This document shows positions 1-9,263 of a stretch of 64,000 nt of DNA, one piece after another. How positions within the stretch are numbered: position 1 is the stretch's first letter; every line of letters begins with the position of its first letter. A model generated the notes under the pieces. The model ran no database searches. It saw only the letters and a list, made by a program, of their open reading frames with translations, and was not told the origin of the DNA. A program made the translations under genes and the position numbers. The DNA is from Candidatus Bathyarchaeia archaeon (lineage in GTDB: Archaea; Thermoproteota; Bathyarchaeia; Bathyarchaeales; Bathycorpusculaceae). The DNA lies in contig JBBFKZ010000005.1 of NCBI GenBank assembly GCA_037481775.1, forward strand, positions 26,871 to 90,870, in the 5' to 3' direction.

Positions 1-313
1 TCACGAGGTAAGCATCAGCCTTTAGGTTCACAGCGTCAATAGCGTTATCCAACGTGGGGTATCCTGTCAGCATTATTTTGCGCATTTTAGGAACTGTCTC
101 TCTCATTCTATTCAGCAACTCTGTTCCAACCATGTCAGGAAGGCGAATATCTATCAATGCAACGTTATAGACGGCTGATTCAGTTTTGCTAATCGCTTCA
201 GCGCCATTTGCTGCAACATCAACAAGGTAACCTTCGTCAGAAAGTATAGCTTTCAACGATTCTCGTATGTCGGCGGCGTCGTCAACAATGAGGATTCTGG
301 CAGGTTTATCCAT
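1..313 (-). CDS. Response regulator receiver protein (partial, runs off window start)
   Basis: Manual translation from ATG at 313: MDKPARILIVDDAADIRESLKAILSDEGYLVDVAANGAEAI...ALIDIRLPDMVG...MLTGYPT, with CheY-like DD, D and T motifs; overlaps the end of the kinase gene. Confidence 0.9.
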   Translation of the reverse strand, partial: MDKPARILIVDDAADIRESLKAILSDEGYLVDVAANGAEAISKTESAVYNVALIDIRLPDMVGTELLNRMRETVPKMRKIMLTGYPTLDNAIDAVNLKADAYLV

Positions 314-1731
314 TCTTTTTCCTCACCAACCTCCATTTTTGGTTTTAACGGTAGTGTTATCGTGAATGTTGCGCCTTTTCCCGGGGCGCTTTCAACGGCG
401 ATTGTGCCCCTGTGCGCTTCAACTATGCGCTTACATATGGCTAGACCGAAGCCCATGCCCTGTGCCTTCGTGGTAACCAACGGAGTAAACAGCCTATCCT
501 TAACCTCCTCGGGAATCCCCATGCCCGTATCAGAGAAAATAAGTTCCACTGTACCAGCTTTCTGGTGGCTCACAACTTTAAGTACGCCGCCACTTGGCAT
601 GGCATCCACGGCGTTCTTGATCAAGTTAACAAAGACCCTTAGCATCTTATCCTTATCAATCAATATCTCTGGGGCATCAGCCATCTCATCAAAAAGCTCA
701 ATTACCCTGGGAACTCTCACACACCTCAACGCCTCAGTTAATAGCATACGCGGGGTACACGGCTGAAGCTCCAAATGGATGTCTCTCGAATACTCCAAAA
801 GGTCGTTAACAATTTTATTGGCCCTTTCAATAGCGCCTTCTATTATCGATAACATCTCAATACGTGCAACCTCAGATATGGCATTACCTTTCTTCTTCAA
901 GTAGTAAGCAGCATTTTTAATCGCCGTCAGCGGGTTTCGTAGATCGTGTCCGACCATGGCGGCTAGCTCGCCTATCGCCGCGAGCCGCTCTGCCTTGAGA
1001 AGCTTAGCCTGCGCCTCCCGCAGCTGCGCAGTTCTCTCCTCAACCAACTGCTCCAACTTCACAGAGTACTCTTTAAGTTTGTTTTCCAAAATCATTCTTT
1101 CAGTCACGTTTACCGCTAGCTCCAACGCGGCAACGAGTCTGCCTGCTTCATCCCTAATAGGCGTCACGATAAGCTCAACCCAGAATCTATTGCCTTTATC
1201 ATCGTAGTTAGTGTACACGTGAACGTCACTGGGCAAGCCTTCTTCGAAAATCTTCTTTACGCCGCAATCGGGGCAGACATGCGTCAGCCTATTAAATGTT
1301 GAATAGCATATTTTGCCTTCGCAATTGCCATTAATGTTCTTCATAACCTTATTTGCCCATAGTATGCGATAGTCCCTGCTGATAATAGCTAGCCCCGCGC
1401 CAACGTTCTCCGTAACCGCCTCAAGCATATCACGCTCCATTCTAAGTTCATTCTCAGTTCTCTTTAATTCAGTAATGTCCTGCGTTATTACCTGAAAGTA
1501 CTTCTTACCCCTCAGTTCAATAAATCGGACATTGTTTAGGACGTCTTTGATCTCGCCTGTTTTGGTACAATATTTAGTTTCAAACCTATCCCAACCAGTC
1601 CTCATTATCCGAGCCATATGGGCTTTTATTTCTTCAGGTGATTCGCACGCTTCATAATCGGCTATGGACAATTTTGCAAATTCCCCTCGTGTATAGCCCA
1701 GCTGGCGATGTGCCTCCTCATTAAATCTCAC
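253..1731 (-). CDS. PAS-domain sensor histidine kinase, C-terminal part (PAS-PAS-HisKA-HATPase)
   Basis: H-box GHDLRNPL, N-box NLIKNAVDA, G boxes DTGMG/GMGFGL; the frame stays open upstream of 1731 to about 1888. Confidence 0.9.
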   Translation of the reverse strand: MRFNEEAHRQLGYTRGEFAKLSIADYEACESPEEIKAHMARIMRTGWDRFETKYCTKTGEIKDVLNNVRFIELRGKKYFQVITQDITELKRTENELRMERDMLEAVTENVGAGLAIISRDYRILWANKVMKNINGNCEGKICYSTFNRLTHVCPDCGVKKIFEEGLPSDVHVYTNYDDKGNRFWVELIVTPIRDEAGRLVAALELAVNVTERMILENKLKEYSVKLEQLVEERTAQLREAQAKLLKAERLAAIGELAAMVGHDLRNPLTAIKNAAYYLKKKGNAISEVARIEMLSIIEGAIERANKIVNDLLEYSRDIHLELQPCTPRMLLTEALRCVRVPRVIELFDEMADAPEILIDKDKMLRVFVNLIKNAVDAMPSGGVLKVVSHQKAGTVELIFSDTGMGIPEEVKDRLFTPLVTTKAQGMGFGLAICKRIVEAHRGTIAVESAPGKGATFTITLPLKPKMEVGEEKEWINLPESSLLTTPPTYENR

Positions 1732-1823
1732 AAAATGCCCAAGCTCATCAATAAGTAAAATGCCTAACGGAGCGTCATTAAACAGAGTTCGATAAAGCTT
1801 TTCTGATTCTTCAATTTTCAGCT

Positions 1824-2648
1824 CTATTTTCTTGCGTTCTGATAAATCTCTGAATATGCCCAGAAAACACGAGGAACCCTTGAATTCATTAGGGTAGCTA
1901 AAAGTTCTGCGGGAAACTCTGTGCCGTCTTTCCTGCGAGCGGTGATTTTGACTATTTTTCCTTGAAGTAACCAGCCGCTTTTGTGCAATTCCATAAATGA
2001 CGGGTGATCTCTATATTGAGCAGGCAAAATAAGTTTTAGAACGTTTTTGCCTACTGCTTCTTTTTGGCTGTAGCCGAAGATTTGTTCGGCGGCGGAGTTC
2101 CAGTACTCGACTCCGCCGTCCTGATTTACTACTATGATGGCCTCTTTAGTGGAGTTGGTTATTGCTCGGAGCATTTCTTCGTTTTCTTTAATCTCTTTAA
2201 TTTTTTCTTCAACAAGTGTTTTCATTTGTTCAGAGTACTTTTTTAGGCGTATTTGATTTTCTTTTCTTCGGGTAATATCGTGAAACACAACCAAGTCAGC
2301 AGGTCTACCTGCGTACCTAATCTTTTTACCTTTAACTTCAACACATCTTTTCACGCCCATCTTATCTATATAATAAGCCTCATACAGTTCAACAGAAGCA
2401 TCTTGGAGACGCTTCTTTAGATTTTCCAATAGCAAAGTTTTGCTTTCAGCAAGAATAAAGGGTAACTCAAAAAAAGGTTTGCCGTCTATTTGTTTCCATT
2501 TTAGCCCGGTTATTTCCTCAAATGCCTTGTTCACCACTAAAAAATGACCTTTCTCATCAACTATGACCGCGGGATCAGAAAGCAAATTCAGAAGAACTCT
2601 AACTTTTTCTCTTCTTGAGTACTTCCGTTTCATATTGCCAAACTCCAA
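1824..2648 (-). CDS. PAS-domain protein; N-terminal part of the same kinase, separated by a frameshift near 1889
   Basis: Two PAS repeats (DPAVIVDEKGHFLVVNKAF; EAIIVVNQDGGVEYWNSAAEQIFGY); the second PAS ends correctly only in the downstream ORF's frame (EFKGSSCFLGIFRDLSERKK). Confidence 0.8.
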   Translation of the reverse strand: MEFGNMKRKYSRREKVRVLLNLLSDPAVIVDEKGHFLVVNKAFEEITGLKWKQIDGKPFFELPFILAESKTLLLENLKKRLQDASVELYEAYYIDKMGVKRCVEVKGKKIRYAGRPADLVVFHDITRRKENQIRLKKYSEQMKTLVEEKIKEIKENEEMLRAITNSTKEAIIVVNQDGGVEYWNSAAEQIFGYSQKEAVGKNVLKLILPAQYRDHPSFMELHKSGWLLQGKIVKITARRKDGTEFPAELLATLMNSRVPRVFWAYSEIYQNARK

Positions 2649-3060
2649 TTTCTATATTACTTTTTTTGTTCTCAAATTTCTGCTGCATAAGACGCACGTA
2701 ATCCTGAAAAGTAAGTTCAGGAAGAATACACTTAGACAAGGCCCACTCATACTCAGGCCATTTGCACGTGATCCTGATTTTTTCGTGTATACTTTTCATG
2801 AATAAGATCTCCAGATGTCTAGCGCCTATGCTAAATATGCGTTCAAGGGCGTCTAAGAAATCAGTGAGCCTCTTGGGAATCTCATCCCGTTTGACGTTAA
2901 AACTCTTTTCTACATGAAAGTATATCGCCGTCTTAATATTTTCCCCTAAAGAAGACAAAGCATCGTCTATTGCTTCCAGCAGAATTTGCTCGAAACTCTT
3001 GGCTTGGCTTTCTTTTACCACATCTCCAGCCTCTTTACGCGCTTTCCCAATTTTCACCAA
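2599..3060 (-). CDS. DUF3227/NitrOD5-like signalling output-domain protein
   Basis: Motif LLEAIDDALSSLGE...IYFH.E..F.....EIP....F..ALERIF..GA..LE; first gene of the two-component cluster; paralog at 18038-18427. Confidence 0.6.
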   Translation of the reverse strand: MVKIGKARKEAGDVVKESQAKSFEQILLEAIDDALSSLGENIKTAIYFHVEKSFNVKRDEIPKRLTDFLDALERIFSIGARHLEILFMKSIHEKIRITCKWPEYEWALSKCILPELTFQDYVRLMQQKFENKKSNIEIGVWQYETEVLKKRKS

Positions 3061-3456
3061 ACGCCGTGAGTTTCTCCAATATAGTATTTCCTGTTAAAAG
3101 GGGATAATAAAAAGTTGTTAACTTCAAATAGTGATTATAACTTACTAAAATCAACAATTGCCAAGGATCTTGTCAATTCTTAGACTAAGGCGTTGTTGCT
3201 GTTAATTTGTTGAAATTATTCAAATATGAATATGAGGTCAAAGCAGGAGAGTATCGTTGTTTGGCAGATTTATGCTCTCTGTAACAATCTTCTGCTCGAC
3301 GTACCTGCCCAACTGCAGGTTTGCCGCCTCCAGCACAGTTGTCCTCGACATCAGAGCACATCCTCAAAGTCGGAGATTTCATTCTTCAACCAGCAACCCG
3401 AAATAGCAGAACCTCAAGATCTTAAAAATGAAACATATCCTTCGGACCAGAAACAT

Positions 3457-3626
3457 TGGTGGGGCTGGCCGGATTTGAACCGACGACCTTTACCCGGAAA
3501 CAGCGCTTGGCTGCTCCTACGGGTTTCTCTAAGACCGCTCCAGAACTTCGTCATCCCATGCGGTCAGCAAACCCGTTGTGCTTGCTTTCTGGAGCCCGTC
3601 GTCATGCCTGCCTAGACTACAGCCCC
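3457..3626 (-). tRNA. tRNA-Trp(CCA) with two introns (37/38: 3525-3588; about 43/44: 3490-3518) and encoded CCA end
   Basis: Spliced sequence folds as a tRNA: GGGGCTG/CAGCCCC acceptor stem, ACGGG-CTCCAGA-CCCGT anticodon arm, AGGTC variable loop, GTCGG-TTCAAAT-CCGGC T arm; BHB-like motifs at both introns. Confidence 0.9.
3525..3588 (-). ncRNA. Intron-encoded C/D-box-like guide RNA in pre-tRNA-Trp
   Basis: Guide ACGGGTTTG followed by CTGA (N+5 rule gives C39); ATGACGA C'-like box followed by guide TTCTGGAGC complementary to the anticodon loop; terminal C and D boxes are degenerate. Confidence 0.65.
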
Positions 3627-3867
3627 GTTGATGCAGACTCTGAAAGGATTAAGTTAATTGTCCAAAATAAAAATATATTCATCAAATCTTTTTGCGCGTG
3701 ATGAGGCTGTTTTGATAAAAGCACTTTGTAACTTATAAGCAAAAGCGAAACGCGCCTTTGTGGGAAGCAAATCAGTTTTCAAAAATGATTTGATAACGAG
3801 TGTTAAACGCAAAATTTATAACAAAAATCAAATGATAACTAAAATTTTGAGGGGATTAAAATTGGAG

Positions 3868-4251
3868 ATGGGGTTAATATCTAAATGGGCGTATCTGCTC
3901 TTTGTCGTCATTGCCGTTGTAATGGGGCTGGTTGTGGGTTACATGGCGTGGAGTGAAGGCGGATGGAATGCTGTTGCTACTGTTAATGGCTGGGTTCTTC
4001 TAGTGCTGGTAGTTCTAGGCATCATAATTGGTCTTACAACAATAACCTCAAAAGAAGTCACGCCATTCCTGATAGCCACAATTGCCCTAGCCGTGGCAGC
4101 TGGCGCAAACGTCTGGGAACCACTATGCGCAATTCACGACTTGCTATATTTCTGGGCCACGGGAATCCTCAATTACATCGTAGCCTTCGCTGCGCCAGCA
4201 GCAGTGATAATTGCAATCAAAGAAATCCTAACAATAGCCAAGGAAAAGTAA
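3868..4251 (+). CDS. Hypothetical membrane protein (about 4 TM helices)
   Basis: Hydrophobic ORF, ATG at 3868, followed by a pyrimidine/T tract. Confidence 0.8.
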   Translation: MGLISKWAYLLFVVIAVVMGLVVGYMAWSEGGWNAVATVNGWVLLVLVVLGIIIGLTTITSKEVTPFLIATIALAVAAGANVWEPLCAIHDLLYFWATGILNYIVAFAAPAAVIIAIKEILTIAKEK

Positions 4252-4437
4252 GCAAACTCTTGCCCTTACCTCCCCTTTTTTTACTTTTAAAGGCTTTGCG
4301 TCAGCAAAAATAGACAGCGGCGAAACCCACATATCACCGGCGCAACGGCGCATGGTAAAGGGGCACATAGCAAGTTTTACGGTATAGCGTCCGCCTAAAA
4401 AGCGAAAAGTTAATGAAGGAAAAATGCCGTGTATTGC

Positions 4438-4563
4438 TGGGTTTGCCGGCCATAGGGCACGGGTCCCACCTGATCCCATTCCGAACTCAGAAGTTAAACC
4501 GTGCTCCGTTCCCAGCGGTAGTGTGGTCTTCGGCCACGCGAAACTGGGAAAGCTGGCAGCCCA
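4438..4563 (+). rRNA. rrf: 5S rRNA (unlinked)
   Basis: Conserved GGCCATAG...CCTGATCCCATTCCGAACTCAGAAGTTAA...; terminal helix TGGGTTTGCCGGC/GCTGGCAGCCCA. Confidence 0.95.
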
Positions 4564-4643
4564 CTTAAATGCTGAAGGATGCAGAGAGAATTAGCTAAGA
4601 TTTATAACTAAGTGCTGAATGTTTTTGGAGACGTGGTGAAACC

Positions 4644-5780
4644 GTGAACGTATTGGCATTTCTGCCCGCTTTGACAGGTCAGTTAGGAGGGGCAGGAGAC
4701 AGCATATCTCAAATTTTAAGCATACTATTCTATGTTATCTTCATAGTTTTCCTGTTTTATGGTCAAAGAATCCAAATGTACGTGATGATCCGCGAGGTTG
4801 AGGGGTCGCTCTACAAGCTGAAGTACATAAAAGATGAAGGGCGGAGAATCGCAATAGAAACAATAAAAGAGTTGGGCAAGCCTCAAACCGACCCATCCGC
4901 AAGAGTTGATCGCTATCTGGATTATTTCACAATCGCACCGCAAAGCATGGATCCCGCTGGCATAGTTTACAAGCTTGACCACATCCTCGATGTGAGAGAC
5001 ACAAGGCTCAAGGATGAAGTAAAGCTGATGGCGCCTGCAAGCGACGAGGTGCAGGTAAACAATTTGGAGAACACGCTAGAGGCAGCGATGGCGCTTAACT
5101 ACATCTACAAAGTTGTGCGCCACTATTATATACAAGGAAAGAAAACGCTAAGCCTCTACATCATAATGCAGTTGCAGATGATACTGCCGCTGGTAATGAA
5201 GGAAGCCGAGGCATACGCCAGCGCATTGAAGGCCTTTGCATATGGGCAGCCCATAGGCGATGGCGTTGGCCCGCTGGTAGCTGCAAAGCTTATGCATGGC
5301 TATGAAACGCGTAAGGTGCCGAAAGACTGCGTCGTAGCCGAAGTGCCGTTAGAGGGTCGCACTGTGCTTGTCATGAAAGCTGAAGGGCCAGGCGGCAACG
5401 TGGGTAAGCCAGGCGACGCCATAAAAGCAGTTATTGAAGAAAACCATGGGAAAGTCGCGGCGGTTATAATGATTGATGCCGGTTTGAAGCTTGAAGGTGA
5501 AATGGTTGGTGAGGTCGCTGAAGGTGTAGGCGCCGCGATTGGCGGACCAGGTGTAGATCAGTACAAGATTGAAGAGGCCTTGGTGGATTATCATATTCCA
5601 ATTTATGCTGTGATAGTTAAGGAGGATATCGGTGACGCGGTTTCGCCAATGCGTAAAGAAATTTCCGATTCAGTTGATAAGGTAATTGAACGTGTGAAAA
5701 GCGTTATTTTGGAAAGAACAAAGGAAGGGGATAAAGTTATCATCTTCGGCGTTGGCAACACAATTGGCATTGGACAGTAG
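4644..5780 (+). CDS. DUF1512 family protein
   Basis: Motifs SMDPAGIV, PIGDGVGPLVA, KAEGPGGNVGKPG, IDAGLKLEGE, GVGNTIGIGQ. Confidence 0.85.
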   Translation: MNVLAFLPALTGQLGGAGDSISQILSILFYVIFIVFLFYGQRIQMYVMIREVEGSLYKLKYIKDEGRRIAIETIKELGKPQTDPSARVDRYLDYFTIAPQSMDPAGIVYKLDHILDVRDTRLKDEVKLMAPASDEVQVNNLENTLEAAMALNYIYKVVRHYYIQGKKTLSLYIIMQLQMILPLVMKEAEAYASALKAFAYGQPIGDGVGPLVAAKLMHGYETRKVPKDCVVAEVPLEGRTVLVMKAEGPGGNVGKPGDAIKAVIEENHGKVAAVIMIDAGLKLEGEMVGEVAEGVGAAIGGPGVDQYKIEEALVDYHIPIYAVIVKEDIGDAVSPMRKEISDSVDKVIERVKSVILERTKEGDKVIIFGVGNTIGIGQ

Positions 5781-5795
5781 GAGGAAGAAGAAAAC

Positions 5796-6206
5796 ATGAG
5801 TGAAAATTCGTCTTCAGCAACCGCGAAGATCTCAACGTATCTCACAATGATTGTGCTGATAGTTTTAGCATTATCCATAGTGGCGCTTTTATGGTCTGTT
5901 AACTTCTTTTTGTTAGGCAATGACGTTGCTGCTGGGTATCTTTTGATCATCGGTTTAATTGCCATGGGCGTGTCAGTTTACGTTATGGTTCAATCCCGAA
6001 AACGTATTGCAGACATGAAAATTGAGGCGCCAAAAGTTATGACGACAGTTGAGTGCAGAAAATGCGGATTCAAGAGTGTCAGAGAATTTCAGCGCGGCGA
6101 CTTCGTGTTCAAGGAACTTGATCCCTGCCAGAAATGCAATGAAAAGATGCTTGTAACGGCCATATACAAGGAAGTTAGAGAAAAAGAGAAAACTTTTGCG
6201 CTTTAG
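5796..6206 (+). CDS. Membrane-anchored Zn-ribbon protein
   Basis: Two TM helices, then CRKC...REFQRGDFV...CQKC. Confidence 0.8.
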   Translation: MSENSSSATAKISTYLTMIVLIVLALSIVALLWSVNFFLLGNDVAAGYLLIIGLIAMGVSVYVMVQSRKRIADMKIEAPKVMTTVECRKCGFKSVREFQRGDFVFKELDPCQKCNEKMLVTAIYKEVREKEKTFAL

Positions 6207-7108
6207 GTTAAAACTTCGCAGCCTTTTTCCGTTATGAGCACCGTATGCTCAGCTTGAGCAACAGGTTTTCGGCTTGCTTCGACAAACACGGGATAGCCCA
6301 TAAGCGACTTGGATTTGTATAGCTCATCGAAGGCTTCGTGGTACTGGTTTGCAGACACTATGTTTTGCAGCCAACGTTCAGCAAAAGGCAAGGTTCTGAA
6401 ATTGTCTTCAATATACATGAGAAGCTGTTTTGCGTACGGGTTTTTCACGGATTTGGTTTTGACTAAACGGAAAATTGTGACCTCGGCGCCGTCTTCAACT
6501 CGGCCAGCCGCATCGGGAAGCGTAACGAAGGGTTCTATAGCGTACACTTCCCCAGCCTGAACTTTTGTGAATGAAATTTGTGCCACGTTCGGAATAGAGG
6601 TTCCAGCGTGGATTAGGTATCTACCCACCGAATGGCCAGTCAGGTTCGAGATGGGTTTGAAGCCGCGGTTTCTTATGGATTTCTCTATTATTTCCCCAAT
6701 CTTTGAAGTGGGCATGCCCGCATGAATGCTGCTTATGGCCGCGTGTAATGCATGCTCCGCTGCTGCCTGCATATCTGCATATGCTGGGTCAAAGCAAACG
6801 GTGAAAGCAGTATCGGTTACGTAACCGTCCACATGAACGCCCAAGTCAACCTTCACAATGGCTTTCTCGGGAATCCTTCGCTCATCGTTCGGCGGCGAAG
6901 TATAATGAGCAGCAACCTCGTTGATAGAAACATTACAGGGGAAAGCGGGCTTGCCGCCTTTTTTGCGGATAAGCTCCTCGGCTTTTTCGCACACTTCAAT
7001 TATAGGCATGCCCTCGCGAACGAAGCTACGGATTTCTTCCCTTGTTTCTCGGAGAATCTTGCCTGATAAACAAAACTTTTCTATGACTTCCTCATCGTAA
7101 CGATCCAT
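6203..7108 (-). CDS. map: Methionine aminopeptidase type II
   Basis: AFPCNVSINEVAAHY, DLGVHVDGY..D, NLTGH, AIEPF, AQAEHT. Confidence 0.95.
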   Translation of the reverse strand: MDRYDEEVIEKFCLSGKILRETREEIRSFVREGMPIIEVCEKAEELIRKKGGKPAFPCNVSINEVAAHYTSPPNDERRIPEKAIVKVDLGVHVDGYVTDTAFTVCFDPAYADMQAAAEHALHAAISSIHAGMPTSKIGEIIEKSIRNRGFKPISNLTGHSVGRYLIHAGTSIPNVAQISFTKVQAGEVYAIEPFVTLPDAAGRVEDGAEVTIFRLVKTKSVKNPYAKQLLMYIEDNFRTLPFAERWLQNIVSANQYHEAFDELYKSKSLMGYPVFVEASRKPVAQAEHTVLITEKGCEVLT

Positions 7109-7247
7109 TAATGCCTCACTTCAATATTATGCAACATTTCGTTGCTAATGGATAATTTGTTTTGCAACTTAAGTGTTAGCATAGAAAATGGTTGGAAAAC
7201 TACATGGGAACATTAAAAAAGGATTTAACTTGCTTTGCAATCGGCTG

Positions 7248-7799
7248 TTAAGGCGTGTAGAGCTTCGGGTCGAGAGTTGCGAAGACGTTTCCGCCCAAAT
7301 GGTAGATCAGCCGCGCCTTGCTTATGTCGTATTTGTCCGTGAAAACGCCTTTGTCTGCGTAGGCCTCCAAGACTTCGCCGACGAAGATTGTGTGGTCGCC
7401 AGTTTTAAATTGATTATATAGGCTGCATTCTAGATGAGCGATGCACTCTTTTATTATGGGGGCCTTCACTTTTCTGGCTGGTAGCGGCGTCAAGCCTGTC
7501 TCGCGGAATTTGTCGTGACCTCGGCCGCTGAGTTTACCGCATGCCAGCGTCTGCTTAACAATTTCTACCGTTGGAATGTTAATCACGAACTCCTTTGTTT
7601 CTTCAATGAGCGTATGCGAGTAGCGGCCAGGTGCTATGCTAACCGCAGCCAGCGGCGGATTCATCGAAGTCGGCATCACCCAAGCCAGGGGCAAAACATT
7701 AGGTTTCCCATGTTTCCCAACGCAGGAAACGAGAACGGTGTGCATCGGATGAAGAAGCCGGTAAGCCGAGGAGAAGTCAACATTTACTTTCTCTGACAT
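7248..7799 (-). CDS. Flavin reductase (flavoredoxin/DIM6-NTAB) family protein
   Basis: EFVINIP, SGR..DKF, APIIKEC.A.LEC, GDHTIFVGEV. Confidence 0.9.
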   Translation of the reverse strand: MSEKVNVDFSSAYRLLHPMHTVLVSCVGKHGKPNVLPLAWVMPTSMNPPLAAVSIAPGRYSHTLIEETKEFVINIPTVEIVKQTLACGKLSGRGHDKFRETGLTPLPARKVKAPIIKECIAHLECSLYNQFKTGDHTIFVGEVLEAYADKGVFTDKYDISKARLIYHLGGNVFATLDPKLYTP

Positions 7800-7809
7800 A
7801 AGCTTTCAC

Positions 7810-8955
7810 CTAACGTTTTATGTGGAATTTGTCTATTACATCTTTAGCTTTTTCTCTTTTTCTCCGGTGCTCCTCAAGGAACTTGTTGAGGCGCTCCGCT
7901 AAATCTTTTTTGCATTCGCCGCATAAGATTTCGCCTGCGCGGCATCGTCGTTCCCGCTCCATGAGCTTCGCGTCGTCTTCCTCGAATAAGTAAACGTAAT
8001 ACTGGAAAATCGAGCAGACCGTTGGGTCAGCGCCTGTTTTCCGCTGCTCCGCTGCGGTTGGTTTGCCGCCTGTGAAAGCATTCCAGATTTTCCGCTTAAC
8101 CAGCTCCGGTGGATCCATGGTGAAAATGCTGGTTTCTGGTTCGGAGGCGCTCATTTTTCCGCCCGGGCCTAAGCCTGGTAGGAAGCGGCAGTGAATTTGC
8201 GCTGGCTTGTGGTAGCCCAGTTTCTGTGCTATGTCGCGGGTAACCCGCCAGTACGGGTCCTGGTCGATGGCTGCTGGGATCAGCGCGGGCACGTTCTCGC
8301 CTGTTAACTTCTTGTGAATAAAGCAGGGTACTGCTTGCAGAGCAGGCCAGAATATCCATCCGATGTTGGTGCTGTCTTGGAAGCCGAAGGTTGCTCTCGC
8401 AGTGGAGTAAGTGATGCGTTTTGCAACCTCCAGTGCAATATCGTAAAGTAAGTCAATGTCTTCGACATCGTAGATTATGAAGGTGTCCTCGGGTTTGAAG
8501 CCTAAAGCGATCAGGTCCAGCGCGTTCTCATAGGCGTATCGTCTTGTTTCCGCAAGGTTTGCTTCGTCGTCTACGATGAATTTTTCGTCATCAGTCATCT
8601 GGAAATACAGTCGAGTGCCAAATTTTTCTTGCAGGTGCCGCGTGAAAATCCATGGCACCAGATGCCCGATATGCACGGGACCAGATGGGCCTCTGCCTGT
8701 GTATAGAACAAACTTCACGCCTTTTTCATAGAGCTCTAATACTGCATCCAAGTCGCGGTGCGAGAAGAAGATGCACCGCTGCAGCTGCAGATGCAGCTTG
8801 CCCGTGTGCCGTGTTACTTTTGCAAGAAGTTCTTCGGTTAATGGTTGCGTGCCGAATTCACGTATTAAGCGTTCATAGTCAACTTTTCCCTTGACTTCCC
8901 AAGGGGTAACAACCATCTCGTTCCCTGAACCATTAGACGATGCCGTTGTAATCAC
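7810..8955 (-). CDS. trpS: Tryptophan--tRNA ligase
   Basis: VTPW, YTGRGPS, HIGH, AIDQDPYW, KMSAS. Confidence 0.97.
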   Translation of the reverse strand: MITTASSNGSGNEMVVTPWEVKGKVDYERLIREFGTQPLTEELLAKVTRHTGKLHLQLQRCIFFSHRDLDAVLELYEKGVKFVLYTGRGPSGPVHIGHLVPWIFTRHLQEKFGTRLYFQMTDDEKFIVDDEANLAETRRYAYENALDLIALGFKPEDTFIIYDVEDIDLLYDIALEVAKRITYSTARATFGFQDSTNIGWIFWPALQAVPCFIHKKLTGENVPALIPAAIDQDPYWRVTRDIAQKLGYHKPAQIHCRFLPGLGPGGKMSASEPETSIFTMDPPELVKRKIWNAFTGGKPTAAEQRKTGADPTVCSIFQYYVYLFEEDDAKLMERERRCRAGEILCGECKKDLAERLNKFLEEHRRKREKAKDVIDKFHIKR

Positions 8956-9263
8956 CAGTTACTTTTGAAAAGAAAGGAAAGCTGGCGGTCATATATTCTT
9001 TTTTTCGCAAGCTAAGCGGCAGTCAACTTTTTTCCCAATCTGTTTACAAGCGAACCCGCGATTATGAAGGCGATAGCAAGCAAAGCGACGATAACCCTGT
9101 TTATGTACACGCCACTAAGGGTTTGGTAAATTACTATGCGCTTAAGTCTCTTGGACGAGACAGAACGATTTACGTGGTGTCTATAGGGAACAACATGCTT
9201 TTATTAACGACGTTAGAACTACAATAGCAAAAACGCGTGTCGCGTTAACGAAGGCTCAAGAGT

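Noticed and set aside
3185-3701. Short ORFs around and over tRNA-Trp
   Set aside because: They overlap or abut the tRNA gene and have no protein motifs
4228-4479. 83-aa ORF
   Set aside because: Antisense to the 5S rRNA and its promoter
9012-9110. 32-aa hydrophobic ORF upstream of trpS
   Set aside because: No clear RBS or homology; could be a remnant but cannot be supported
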